Of a stretch of DNA of 64,000 nucleotides, positions 50,284 through 62,485 are shown piece after piece. The notes under the pieces were generated by a model. That model saw only the letters and a program-made list of their open reading frames with translations, was not told where the DNA came from and ran no database searches. How positions within the stretch are numbered: the stretch's first letter is position 1; every line of letters begins with the position of its first letter. Source of the stretch: Blepharisma stoltei ATCC 30299 (lineage: Eukaryota; Protista; Ciliophora). Location: contig CBFDEM010000053.1 in the NCBI GenBank assembly GCA_965603825.1, forward strand, positions 1,116,001 through 1,180,000, in the 5' to 3' direction. Both the position numbers and the translations under genes were made by a program.

Positions 50284-52734
50284 ATGTCAAAAGTGAGTAA
50301 TAACCCGGATAAAATAGCTCAAGCACTAAGGCTTACGACTCATAATAAAAGGCCAACCACAGCAAATTCTTCATCCACAGAAAAAAAATTAGGAAGTCAC
50401 TCATCTCACCAAAATTTACCTCAAGTAAAAATGTTTAGAACAACTGGATTTGAAACTCAGAATTTAGATAAAACTCAAAAGCCTATATGAATTGAAAAGC
50501 CCGAGTCAGTTAAATCTAGGAAAGATATAAACGCATTCCAAATTGAGAGCTCTAAGAAAAATCCAAATATTGTAAATTATAATACAAGAAACTCGAAGCC
50601 TCCATCTCCAGCTCCAGAAATTTCAAAAAAACTAAGAGAAAATCGTTCGAAAACTACAGGAACTGTGCATGCAGCAATTAATAAGCCTGATAATATGCCT
50701 AAAAAAAGATTTACAATGGGAAATTTTGAATCTTATAAACCGATGATGCCAAGAAGTGAAGCAACAACGCCTTCCTATCTTACTCTGAATCTTTTGCAAG
50801 CTCATCATGGAGAAGCAGAACATGACCAGGATTTACACAATTTGCAAAATTGAGGAATGCTTGAAGTAGAGTCTCCGAAGCCAATTAATATAAATCCTAT
50901 AACGAGGGGAAGCATAAGAGTTAGAGGGTCCCGTCGAAAAGTCGGCAGCCTTGCAAGAGAAAAAAACTTCTCAACTCCAAGTTTAGCCATGAGTGAAACC
51001 CAAAAACCTCTTCCAGGCACTATTGTTAGAAATACATGATTTAGTTCAAAAAATACAACAGATAGAGATAAGCAAATTCCTGGAAAAGCGTCATCAGAAT
51101 TCGACAAAGATGAAATAATTAAAACCCTACAGAATAAAATAAAAGAATTACAAAACAATGAAAAAGCTCCTGAAAAGTTTGCATTTAAAACAGTAGAAAA
51201 AGTAAAAAATATACCACAATCTGAAGACATTAGCAGCTCATCCTCAAATGAAATTGTTAATATCACTAATACAAGGTCTGAACAAAAAATATTTGAAGAA
51301 CACAAAGATAAATATGAAATTAATCCTGATAACACAACAGGAATAGACAATATTAGCAAAATTTGCCGTCAGCCTACAACATCAGATAAAAAAGAAGAAT
51401 CAAAGACTTTAATTGAACTTCGCTCACAAATGATCACAAATGAGTCACTTAAAGAAAGTTATGAAACCAAAGTTGTCGTATACTTTTATGACAATTTTAC
51501 TAAAACTTCATATAAGGGTATTTTTAACCCTAATGAAGTTTGCGATAATTTAAATTTGTGGGAATTTGCAGAAATAACTGACTTAGGAAGAGAATTTGTT
51601 AAATATGTAGAGGTTAATGGGAAGCTATGCGAATTAACACCAATATATGATTTCGAACTAGAAAATGAATACTTTGTGGAGATTAATGAGTTAAATGATA
51701 TGAATGATTTCATTTTCATCTCAGCTGATAATAAAAATGACACTAGCTGTGCTTGTTTACTTATTTCCAAGAAAAGTCTTGTTGAAATAATGAACATTAA
51801 TTTAAATCAGCTTTACAAAAATCTCAAAGATGTCAGTAATTTTTTGAGTATAAATTCTAATAAAATTTATTTAGGAAGCGCTACAGAGACTAGAAAAAAA
51901 ATTGAAAGCAATAAGCTTGATAGAAATGTAAAAATAATCCAAAGCTGATTGAGAATGTATATATCCAAAAGCTTTGTGAAGTCAAAGCTACAAAAGGAGC
52001 ATAAGAAGAATATAGAATTAATATTTGAAAAAGAAAAAATGATTAATGGGAAATTTTATCAAATTTATATATGAAAAACATTAAATGGAGTTAAAATAGA
52101 GATAAAAGAGCCTGGAAATAAGAAATCTATTATAAGATATTTTAAAGAAAGAGACTTATTAGAAATTTATGGTAAATTTACTCCAAGAATGCTATATGAA
52201 GAAATTGATGTCCTCAACAGCGAGATTGTCCTAAATAAAAATAGCTCTCTTTCTCAATCCTCGAGCCTCCTAACCAGCCGATCTCATTCTCTGGGAAGGC
52301 ACGAAGAAGAAAAAACTAAGAAGCTGCAACAAGACTCATTTAAATCTCAACCAAAGCAATCTTCTATAAATTCATCAAAGAAATCTCTCCTGGATTTGGC
52401 CAAAAAACCTCCATCTAATATTTCTTCAGAAAAAGCTTCAAGAGGCAACAGTGTTGATAGTTCTATTAATCCTGAATCTCATATTTTGCTTGCTAAAACT
52501 GAAGCAGTTATTAGTTCTTTCAACATGATTGTGTTCTTCTATAAAAATTCTGAGGGAATTTTAATTGTAGCTAAAGACTACAGCAATAAAACTAAACTTC
52601 CTTTGCAGCTTGAAGTAGATTTGCCTTTAAATATCCCAAAAAAGTATATGGAAAAAATAATTGAAGATGTGCTATCAAGGATTTCAATTGAAAAGTCTGA
52701 TGGGATGTTCACACTAAAATTAAATGACAAATAA
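50284..52734 (+). CDS. Hypothetical protein with IQ-like motif (~816 aa)
   Basis: Five track fragments in one frame from ATG 50284 to TAA, broken only by TGA. KIIQS(W)LRMY is IQ-like. Confidence 0.75.
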
Positions 52735-52866
52735 AGTAATTGTAAATATTAGAAATAAGCCAGGAATAAGGTGGATTTAATTAAGTTAATTAAATTCAAC
52801 TTAAATCTGTTAAATTAGCATTCTTGCTAGAAGCAAGAATAATTATTAATTTCTATAATAAGAGAT

Positions 52867-53661
52867 TTAGCAACAACTCCAGTACTCATTTTCACACCAA
52901 TTAAAAGGATAAAACGGCCTTGGTCTTGGAGGAGTTCATTCTTTAAGCTCTCTGTCACATATTGTAGATCTCCAGTTGTTAATAAATCCTTCATCAAATG
53001 GATTGAAATTTTGGGGATAAGGTTTTAGATAGTCAATTTTATACTTTCTCATTACTTCCCAAGTTGTGAGTCCTTGCGAAATCAGACGAATGTGAAATAA
53101 TCCTAGCCCAGTCACTAGCATTCCAAATCCAGCACATAGAAAAAACGACAACAAATACAGCCAAAATCCCCATGCATTGTCTGAAATTCCACTTAAGCAA
53201 TTATAAGCAGCTCATAAAAAGCAGATACTTTCTATTATAAGATATAAGGCAAACCTAAAATGGTTCATTTCACCTACACATGCACCAATCCAAAAGCAAT
53301 GATGGTCAAATTTTGCAATGCATTCTTCACATTTATAGCAATGCCTAGTCCTATAAGGCTTCAGTATTTTGCAGTCCTCACAGTAATTTTTTGGAGGAGG
53401 CTGCCAGTCTTCTTCGCTTAAAAGCTCTATTTCTTGTTTCATCGGAGTCGTTCTGATAAACCCAGGCTTTAATCCGCATATGAAATATAAAAAAGTTGCT
53501 GTGATTTTCAAGACAGTAAAAAATATGCATGAAAATTCAAAATTGCCACATGAAACACTCAAATCGCTAGGAAATTCTCAAAAAATAAAAATAACTGCTA
53601 AGTGGAGGACTATATAAAATACTTTTGCAGAAATTGATGCTTGATATGCATCAGGCCTCAT
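52867..53661 (-). CDS. DHHC palmitoyltransferase (~264 aa)
   Basis: CEDC...RTRHCYKCEECIAKFDHHCFWIGACVGEMNH, TTWE and NPFDEG. With TGA=Trp it runs from ATG 53661 to ...ENEYWSCC-TAA. Confidence 0.95.
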
Positions 53662-53690
53662 TTTTTGTTAATTAATTAATTATAATCATA

Positions 53691-53945
53691 ATGAGTCTGG
53701 TAGGTGAGGACAGTCCATGCACTCCATTTTCAGATGGAATCAAGACATATGGGTCAATTTTGACTCCTTTCACAAAATATGTTGCACAAGCTGAAGTTCC
53801 TGAGGAGCCTGAAACAGGGGAAATTACTTATAATAGCGCTGACTTGGAAAGTATCCTTTCCAGCCGTGTGAGGAAGCATTCAAATTTCCCAATTGAACCA
53901 AAAGATTACCATACAAATTGATCTTGTAAGTGCTATATATTTTAA
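53691..53945 (+). CDS. Small protein with C-terminal CaaX-like motif (~84 aa)
   Basis: Reading TGA 53919 as Trp gives ...HTNWSCKCYIF-TAA. Confidence 0.65.
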
Positions 53946-53990
53946 AGAGCTTATGCTCAAGATCGGTTTATTATTTAAATAAAAGAAATT

Positions 53991-55466
53991 TTATACAAGA
54001 TACTTATCTTCTTCAGAAAATATTTTCCTTAGCTTTGTATAGTTTTTTGGCTCTATCGACATCCTCAGACCAATTTGTATTGCTTTTTTAATTTCTCTAT
54101 TGCTTCTTGAGGTCAGTCGATTTTGAGGTTGAGGAACGTTGGCTTTTTCCAATTTTTTGGGATCCGTTATATTGCCATAAATATTTGAAAAATTTCGGAA
54201 AAACTGTGGCGAGTTTATCTCTCTCATTGTTTGGCTTGTGCTTTCAGAGGTTAATATTGGCCTTAAATTAATATCTGAAAGAGAATTCGTGCCAAACCGC
54301 TGCGGCTTTCCCTTTTTCAAATAATTCATAATTTTGCTTATGTTTTTTAATTTATTTTCAGGTGCAGCATGATCGTTTGCATCTTCAATATATGCTCAGC
54401 TGTCATACATTGCCTGCAAGATTTCTTTTGATGTCTTATTCATATTGATTATCTCGAAATCAGGGCTAAATTGATGCTTTCTTAGCGTTTCAGCTGTAGT
54501 TGTTTGGACATTTAGTATTTCAGGAAGGGAATGGAGACTGAGGATTGAGTCCAAAAGCTTAGATTTTTGCATTTGGTGGTTCTCATGAAAAGCAATTTCT
54601 TCAAGAAATTCACTTATATTGAGTCTAAGCCTTCCAAGTAACTGAAACAGTGTATTTGTAGATTTCAAATTAAGAGATTTTCTGTCTATTTGTCTGGCAA
54701 GCGTTTTATAAGTTGCAAATGCACCTTTGAATGAATCAATTGCGTCTAGATATAGGTTTATATTATTTTGAAAAACTGCTGGCTCAGAATTTACTTCTTG
54801 GAAATCAGGGAGGTATGGATATGGCTTGATTTGGCATTCCTCGAAACAGTCTGCATATTCTAAATAAAATGTACCAAATAAAATAATTCTTGTAATTTCT
54901 TTCAAAAGCCCTAGGGTTTCTTCTAATTTTGCATTGAAAATTTGCTGGTTTTCTACTCTGACTGTTTTGAATAATTTGTGCTTAGATTTTTCAATTAATT
55001 TTGACTTTAAATTTTTAAGCTTCTCATAAAGAAGTTTCAGTTCATCTTCTATTATATGTATTTGGAAGTAAGGGTGCTGGATCAGTCTTTTCCCATACTT
55101 TTGATAAGGCAAACCTTGCAATAAATTCAGTTTGTTTTGCATTTTGACTTTAAAAACCCTCACTCTTTTGCCCATTTTTTTAGATGGTGATCCAGTTCGT
55201 GATATTCGTTCAGTAGAACTTTGCGCTAAAGTATTTGATAATTGAGTATTTGTTGTCATCAAAAGATTGGTTGGGCTTGTAGACTTGTCGGTTGTGGTAA
55301 TAAATAAATTTTGTTTTTTTCGGAAAGTCAGTATAATCGGGTCTCTGAATCCGCTTGAATGGATTTTTTTTATTATGTATTCTTCAGTAACTGACTCTGG
55401 GATTGGAGAAATAACGAATTGAGGAGAAGATTTTGAGTTTGGGTTCTCAGAAGGTTTCGACTTCAT
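53991..55466 (-). CDS. Hypothetical protein (~491 aa)
   Basis: Two track ORFs joined in frame through TGA 54396. Ends TAA. Confidence 0.75.
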
Positions 55467-56009
55467 ATTTATAGTTTTATAATTAATATATAAAGAATAA
55501 GGAATAATTTCGTCGGAATTAGGTTTTGCACAATAAAGTAGTAATAGACATTGGAAGCCTAAACCGCTAAGATAATTTTTATAGAACTTTAGAGATGTTT
55601 TATTACCTTAACAGCTTTTTATCATTTATAAAATTATATCAATCACATGGCTCTTAATACCGGAATCATGCAAGATTAATAAATATTTTATGTAATTAAG
55701 TTAGAAGTTAATTTTATTATTAAAAGAAAAATCCTGTTTTTTATTGCATTGCTATATTTTTGCAGCAAGCTATAATAGTTAATTTATTTCATTAAAAAAT
55801 AAATATTCTCATTTCTTAAAACTTTTACGTCAGAAATTCATTATTTATTATTAAGAATCTATTGCTTTGAGCATGATTATCTGTTTAATGTCTATAATGA
55901 TCATAATATTTTATTTGGGCTGCCTAAAGTAATATTATATATTTCTTTAAGATTCAGCCATATAAAATACATTTCTAATGCTCAACAAAAAGAGTATGAT
56001 CAATAAACT

Positions 56010-56963
56010 ATGGAAACTGAAGCACCTCAAGAAGAAGTAAAGCTTAAGCGGATAAGATCCCTACCGTCACCAGAAAAGCCAATTCAAGCAAATCATTGCT
56101 TATGTCTGACTTCTGCAGAAGGAAAAACTATCCTAAATCCTCGATATGAAATTCTCAGCACAATCTATGATCAACCTGCAAGTCCTTCTAGAGTTCTGCT
56201 TGTAAAAGATACTGAAACAGACTCTTTGGTCATCTTAAAACAGCTGTTAAAATGTAAAATCTTGTCACAAGCCCAACGAGTATCTGCAGTAAGAGAAATT
56301 GAAATTCATCAATCTGTTAGCCATTTGAATATTGTGACATTTTACGATTCAGGAGAAACAGAAGAGGCTTATAATATGCTGCTAGAATATCTTCCAGGCT
56401 ATACCTATTTCACAGACAAAATAGAAGTAAACAACAAGCCTTTCAATTTAAAATCCGATGGTGGTGTTCAGAAATTAAAAAGTTTTTCATATGACGTCAT
56501 TCAAGGGTTAGAATATTTGCACTCACATGGGATAATCCACTTAGATTTAAAACCAGGAAACCTTTTATTATATACAGATGTAGATGAGAATGAATATCCA
56601 CTCGTCAAAATATGTGACTTTGGCCTGAGCAGACGAGCAGATGCAACTGGATACGCCATTATAGAAAAGAAATGTGGGACTGATAAATACGTTCCACCCG
56701 AGGTAACTGATGGCGCTATGATTTCTGTTGCTGCTGATATGTGAAGTTTAGGCTTACTTCTGCATAATTTGGCAGTTGGATACACACCTCATGCAATGAA
56801 ATGGTCACCAGGAAAACCTATTCCTTTTCATAATAGGCATTGGCGAAAGTATGAAGGGACTGGATTAAAAGAATTTATTGAAGCTTGCTTGAGGTTAAAT
56901 CCAGAAGAACGAATTGCTTCAAGAGATGCACTTCTGCATCCATGGCTTAGCTTTAATCAGTAG
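56010..56963 (+). CDS. Ser/Thr protein kinase (~317 aa)
   Basis: VILK, REIE, HLDLKPGN, DFG, GTDKYVPPE and subdomain IX ADM(TGA)SLG. Ends TAG. The glycine-rich loop is degenerate. Confidence 0.93.
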
Positions 56964-57234
56964 TGTAACTCAAGATAAATAGTTGGGTTTCTCTTTTAGA
57001 TGTAAAATAATTTCTATGTGATAAGGAAACATTATTTTTCTTTGTATTCCATTAATTGAAAGCGATTTTCTAGCTTCAAATGCTTTAATAAATTTTAAGA
57101 CCGCCAAAGGCTTAGAATTATATTTTTGGCAAATCTTGTCAATATATAGCTGGTTTTTAAGATCAAAACTGGAATCTTTCAATTTTAGTGAATTTTGACA
57201 GCTCTAAAAGCTATAATCGCTATTTATAATTAAA

Positions 57235-58093
57235 ATGGTCCTGATTCATATTAAGAAAACTGATCTCAACCAATTTATCTATGAAGCTTCCAGAGGTACT
57301 CCTATTGCCCAGCTCATTCAAGATATCGTAGAAAGTAAGAGACCATTAGGTTAACAACTTAAGAGTAAAAGTAGATCGAGCTGCACATTTCATTGAAGAA
57401 CTTGTCAAAGCGGGGCCACTTAAACCTGAAGAAACTAGAGGTCTAGCAGAAGGCGAAAACTCCACAGAGCCAGACCTGCCTGGGCACAGATTCTGTGTTG
57501 ACGAAACCCATTATCGAACTGGCTGGTGCGTTCCAGAAGACCTTGGAATCAGAATTTTCGAAACAACTCAGGCCGCCAAAAGACTAATTCACAAAACTAA
57601 CGCTGAAAGGAGAATTCCACTGACAAGGAATCAGCTACTAGAAGCTTTAGACTTAATGAAAGGCGCTGTAATGATGGCCTATCCAGCTTATCATGGACTT
57701 CCACCATGGGAGCCTGCAATGTTGGTACTCGAAAGTCCTGATATTAAAGAACTTGCACAAGGGGAAGATATTTTTGAAGCAGAAAACTCATCACTTTGGT
57801 TTGCTGGGAAAGAAATGATGAGAGGAAAAGATTTAGGATTTTATGTAAAAGGAAGTGAAAATACAAAAATAATCGCGAAAATACAAAAGCAAGGGCAGGG
57901 AGCGCCAGCGAGGGAGCCTGTTGTGGATGCAGATACTCAGAAAAATATGATTGCGTTTTATCATAAAAAGCAGGAAGAAGCGAAAAAGCTGATGTCAGTA
58001 GATGAAGATGAGTATTTAAATTCTGCTTGGGCTGATCCAAAGAATTTGAAGAGACAATTGAATGGGACAGGAGATGTGAGGTGGAGGATGTAG
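57235..58093 (+). CDS. CFAP298: Cilia- and flagella-associated protein 298 (C21orf59/Kurly) (~280 aa)
   Basis: MVLIHIKKTDLNQFIYE start, GAVMMAYP..GLPPWEP, LWFAGKEM, ENTKIIAKIQKQGQGAPAREP and YLNSAWADPKNLKRQL. Needs a 16-nt excision near 57335-57350. Confidence 0.92.
57335..57350 (+). other. Probable 16-nt intron with non-canonical GT-GG boundary (GTAAGAGACCATTAGG)
   Basis: 15-nt GT-AG splicing gives an immediate TAA, whereas 16-nt removal restores VEINNLRVKVDR. The A is at position 11 (6 from the 3' end) and position 10 is C. Confidence 0.65.
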
Positions 58094-58349
58094 GCTGCTC
58101 TTCAATATAATAAAATTAGAATAATTATTTCAAACAAGATTTTCGTATATATAATCTTTGAACAGTTTATTATATTGATAAACCGAATGCTTTTTTTTAT
58201 GACGAAACAAAAAGCCCAAAAAGAATAAAAGCCGTAAAAATTAACTTTGCCCAAAAATCAACAAAAGCCCAAAAAGTAGAAAAAGTTAAAAGAGCAAACA
58301 AGGAAAAATGACCAAGCGAGACAAAAGAGGATAAGAAAGTAATTGGGCC

Positions 58350-58622
58350 ATCAGTCGAAATTATCAGCGGCTATATGCAGAGGGGTTTCTCCCAAGTCAT
58401 TTGGGATATTTGGGTTTGCTCCAGAAAGCAAGAGAAATAATATTTTTTAAAGTTGTTTGAGATCACTGAGGAAATAAGAGGAGTGGAACCGAGACGGCTG
58501 TCACGACGGTTAATAAATTGTGGATCGGATTTAATTAGTTCTCTGAACGAGGAGAGTTCTTCGAAGGAATTGGAAATGTTGTTATCATTCTTTATGAATT
58601 CTTCATTTTCAAGAGCTTGCAT
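58350..58622 (-). pseudogene. Frameshifted ankyrin-repeat fragment
   Basis: INRRDSRLGSTPLISSV in one frame, then LLLSGANPNIPNDLGETPLHIAADN in another after the A6 run (58443-58448). It then runs into a T-rich low-complexity tail. Confidence 0.55.
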
Positions 58623-58775
58623 TTTATCAAAGAATTGTATGGCATCATAAACACATGATGCTCATTAATCAATCAATGTTAGCAATTGAAAGGAATAAAC
58701 TAAACTTATAAATTTCCAATATCCAATTAAAATATTTAAATTTATCAAGATATACCATATCTTTTTTTAAATAAA

Positions 58776-60419
58776 TTACACTGGCCTTGAGCTGCTGGAT
58801 TTTCTTCTCCTCATTTCATCTAGCTTTGCTTCATATGCTTTTCCTTGTGCTAGCCTTTGCTTTAAAAACTCTTTCCTTTCCTCTTCTTCTTTCCTTTGTT
58901 TTACTTCTGGTAGCAAATTATAATTTTTATTTGTAAGTTTTCTCATCTCAGCTTTCTCTACCTTTGTTTTTTCACCTGAAGCTAGTCTTGATATTAGCCC
59001 AGGCGATGGCTCTTTAATGCTCCTATTCAGCTTGAAATTCGGATTTATAACTAATGGCTCAGGAATCAAGGTAGGCTGGCTTCTTTGCCTCACAAATTCT
59101 TTTTCTGGTTCTCTTGAAGTTTCCATATGGTTCGAAAAATTGTCTTCAGACTTCTCAGTGCCTCTTTCTGTATATGACAGTTTAGAATTAGAAATATTTA
59201 TTGTGATCTGTTTTTGTGAATCTATTGTAAATCTTGTATCTTTTTGTTTTGATTCTTGATCGGTTTTACTTCTTGAGGAGACATTTAATTGGACTGATTG
59301 AGCTTCGGTAGGCTTGGCTTCTTTTGAAGAAAAAATAGATTCAGAGTAAACTGAAGGGGTATTTCGGGCAGAGTCTGGAAGTTGGCTTATAAATTGCTCA
59401 TATGTGATATTGTTTGGCTGATTTGTATTGGATTGAGGCATGTATTGTGGTTGTGCATATTGAGGCTGCATGAATTGCTGGCTTTGGGGATATTGAGGAG
59501 GCTGGATATATTGTGTAGGATTGTATTGATAAGGATAGTAGGGATAGATAGGCTGGATAAATTGAATTGGAGGGATCATCTGATAAGGCGCATAGTTAGC
59601 AGGCATCTGATATACTAATGGTGGCTGCTGGTTATAGTGACTATCACGTGGCTTCTCTTTTGGTGCTGGAAATTTCCTTGGACGATTTGTTTTGGCTCCC
59701 GTTGAAGGTTTACTTTCTCTTTTTAGTTTTGATGGTCTTGCCTTGTGAGGCCTTCTTGTAGGAGATCTTGCTTTATGATTCACTTCTACAGACTCTTCAT
59801 AGGTGCTTCTCAATAACTCTTCGCTATCATCACTAGATTCATATCTATCAAATCCGCTTGAATTCTGTGCAAAAGATCCGTTAAAGCTTGTGTGGGCTTG
59901 AATACTTGGCCTTGCTACATGATGAATTGTCGTTGGATTTATTCTTCCTGAAGAGACTGGCCTATGAATAACTTCAGGAATTATAGGAGCATGATCAACA
60001 GACAGAAGATTTCCAAATTCCTCAGTATCTGATATCTCTTGATATGAAGAAATAGGCACTGGCGATCTGCAAAGTGATCTAGATATAGGAATTGGTGATT
60101 TGCATGGTGATCGAGATGATGGTATTGTAGATGGCTGCAGGCTGGAAATACTTTGCCGAGTTTGGTTGATTTTTTGTTCTCAGTCTGCTAGTTCTTGCAG
60201 CTTTTTATTTAATTTTTCGTGCTCTTTTTTCAAGAGATCTCTTGTTATTTCTCTTTCGTTTCGGTTTGGTTTTGGAGGAAACCTGTTTTGTGATATAGGC
60301 TGGTCTGAAAGATAGGATTTCTAAGTAATTTTTACGCGTCTTTCCTTTGGATATTCAGATTTAGAGTTTGAGCGGATTTCTTGGAAAATTTGAGGCCGAC
60401 CTCGATTATGGTCTTGCAT
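58776..60419 (-). CDS. ALMS-motif protein, putative centriole/basal body (~542 aa)
   Basis: ATG 60419, intron 60321-60335, one TGA, and a P/Q/Y-rich middle. The C-terminal AEMRKLTNKNYNLLPEVKQRKEEEERK resembles the ALMS motif. Confidence 0.7.
60321..60335 (-). other. 15-nt intron GTAAAAATTACTTAG
   Basis: GT-AG ends, A at position 10, in-frame TAG removed. Confidence 0.85.
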
Positions 60420-61028
60420 ATATCCTTGGATTTAATAAATAATGACGTTATTAAAAATAGATAGGGTTAATAAATTAAAAATTTAGAATATGAAAGAAAG
60501 AAAGATTTTGTGGCTCTAAATTTATTGGAGATTTCATGCTTTTAATGCCATCTTATCAATCTATTAATAGCTTAATTATTTGGATAATAAGCCAAATTTT
60601 TAAAATAAGACGAGCATCAATTGAATGCAATTTTCTTTTGTGGAATTTTTAGTATTTAATAGCCTTCATCACTATTTTCATTTTTCTCGGGTCTTCGTTC
60701 TATGAAGAAGCTTCAAATTTGTATTTATGAGTGTTCTGTGATGCAGACAATTACCATCTTAAATTTCAGTCATTTATTTCAATATAATTTTAAAATTTTG
60801 TTATTAATTTACCCTTTATAGGCTCATCTCCTCAAATCATCATCTAATTCATTTAAAAGACTAATATTCAACAATAAAAATTTAAGCCATTTATAATGTA
60901 GCAATAATTTAATAAATTTTAGTAACACTTAATTTAAGATAGCCAATAAAAATTTTGATAGCATTATTCCTAAATCTGTCGATTAAAAAATGAAAAGATT
61001 TCCTCAGTTTTAAAATTGTGATAATAAT

Positions 61029-61934
61029 ATGTCTAAGAACATTGAAAATATTAGTTCTTTTTGGCTACAAGAAATGGCAAGATTCTGAATTTGTTCCGTA
61101 CATTCCCTATGAAGCTCTACAATATTTTCTATTTGCCTAGCAGCCAAAACTACTAAAGGCAAAGAAAAAATTTACTGCCTGATACAGTTTTTAGCAGAAC
61201 TTTATCGACTCACAATGAGCAAGTGGCAAGAAGCCATGAAAATTTCTGAGTCTACAGAAGCTATTCAGCATGCCTTGCATGTTGAAAAGTATATGAAAAA
61301 TGGAAGAAAGCTAATGAGGGCTGGAATGTTCTTAGATGATTTAGCTTCTATCAATAAAATATTTGGTGATCAAAAGTGAAAAGATGTGGCTAAAATCATT
61401 AAAATATTTTACCATATATGTTCCGCAATTTATTATGCACTCGATAATTTAGCATGGGTAACCGAAAACAGTCTATTAAAACTGCCATATCAAAATATTT
61501 CATCGAGACTGAAGAAACCAAAGGATTCTTTGTCCTTTGCTAGAAATATTTTTTTAATCACAGTCATCATAATTGATATGCGAAGAAACCTCGAAATTCA
61601 AAAAAGAATGAAAGCCAATAGAAACATTTATGAGCATCTATCTAAAGACCATGCATTGGATATCAAATTTGTGCACAACATGATTGAAAAAAAAAGAGAA
61701 ATGAAATTTTGTATTGTTGATTTAACAATTAATAGCTTGAAAGCTGCCATGTCTTATAAAACATTAGGATTGCCTGGATCGAAATTCTTCAGTCCTATAT
61801 TTATCAATCTCTGTGGAATTATTTCTGCAGCGCTAGCAATTTACTGCAATATTTTTAACAGCGATTGCAGCAAAGGACAATCATCTGAAAACGGAGAGAA
61901 AATAAATTTCAAAAAAAGAACAGAAAGTTTGTAG
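61029..61934 (+). CDS. PEX11: PEX11-family peroxisomal membrane protein (~301 aa; start uncertain)
   Basis: With TGA=Trp: TTKGKEKIYCLIQF, NGRKLMRAG, IYYALDNLAW and CGIISAALAIY. Ends TAG. Confidence 0.7.
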
Positions 61935-62055
61935 AAAGCTTATATTTTAAGCATTTATTATAGTTTTATATAAATAATTTTATAAATAGATTAATATTAA
62001 AGTAAGTATACGGTGAGAATTATTATAGGAATAATTATAGTCTTATTAAATTAAT

Positions 62056-62415
62056 ATGGATAAAGCTATACAAATTTTGGATTTTATTGATGCAAATGAA
62101 TTAGAGTGAATTAATTTGAGAAGAGAGCTAAAAGAAGAAATGTTTGGAGGATTAAGTGAATTAGCAAACTTTAATTTAACAAGAGAAGGAGTTGGATTGG
62201 ATATATCAACTTTGATTGAAGATGAAAGCACTGTCAACGTTGATTTTTCTGGGGATAGAGTCAGGATAATTGAAAATCCGCAGCCTAAATTAGCATTTCC
62301 TTATAATCAGCCTCCGATTGCCAAGGCAAAGAGAAGGTTCCAAAATGTCCTTCAAAAAGCTGCTGATTTAATATTATTACGCCAAAAACTCAACACAATT
62401 TTATTAGAAAATTAA
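62056..62415 (+). CDS. Small coiled-coil protein, possibly Vma22/CCDC115-like (~119 aa)
   Basis: ATG 62056 is in frame via TGA. Pattern LKEEMFGGLSELA...FPYNQPPIAKAKRRFQNVL. Confidence 0.45.
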
Positions 62416-62485
62416 CTTCAATTCATTGAGAATAATTTATGATTTAAGAACTTTAATGCTTAGTGATTATGCTGTTCTAAGCTTA

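Noticed and set aside
58205-58280. CCCAAAAA units as telomere-like or CRISPR-like repeats
   Set aside because: The units are irregular, few, low complexity and lack regular spacers. They do not match the heterotrich telomere unit.
74-62237. Many short antisense or off-frame track ORFs (e.g. 16587-16931, 33304-33675, 35475-35930, 43483-43911, 50805-51359, 21485-21673, 32486-32686)
   Set aside because: They are shadows of real genes on the other strand or frame, or AT-rich spacer noise with no motifs.
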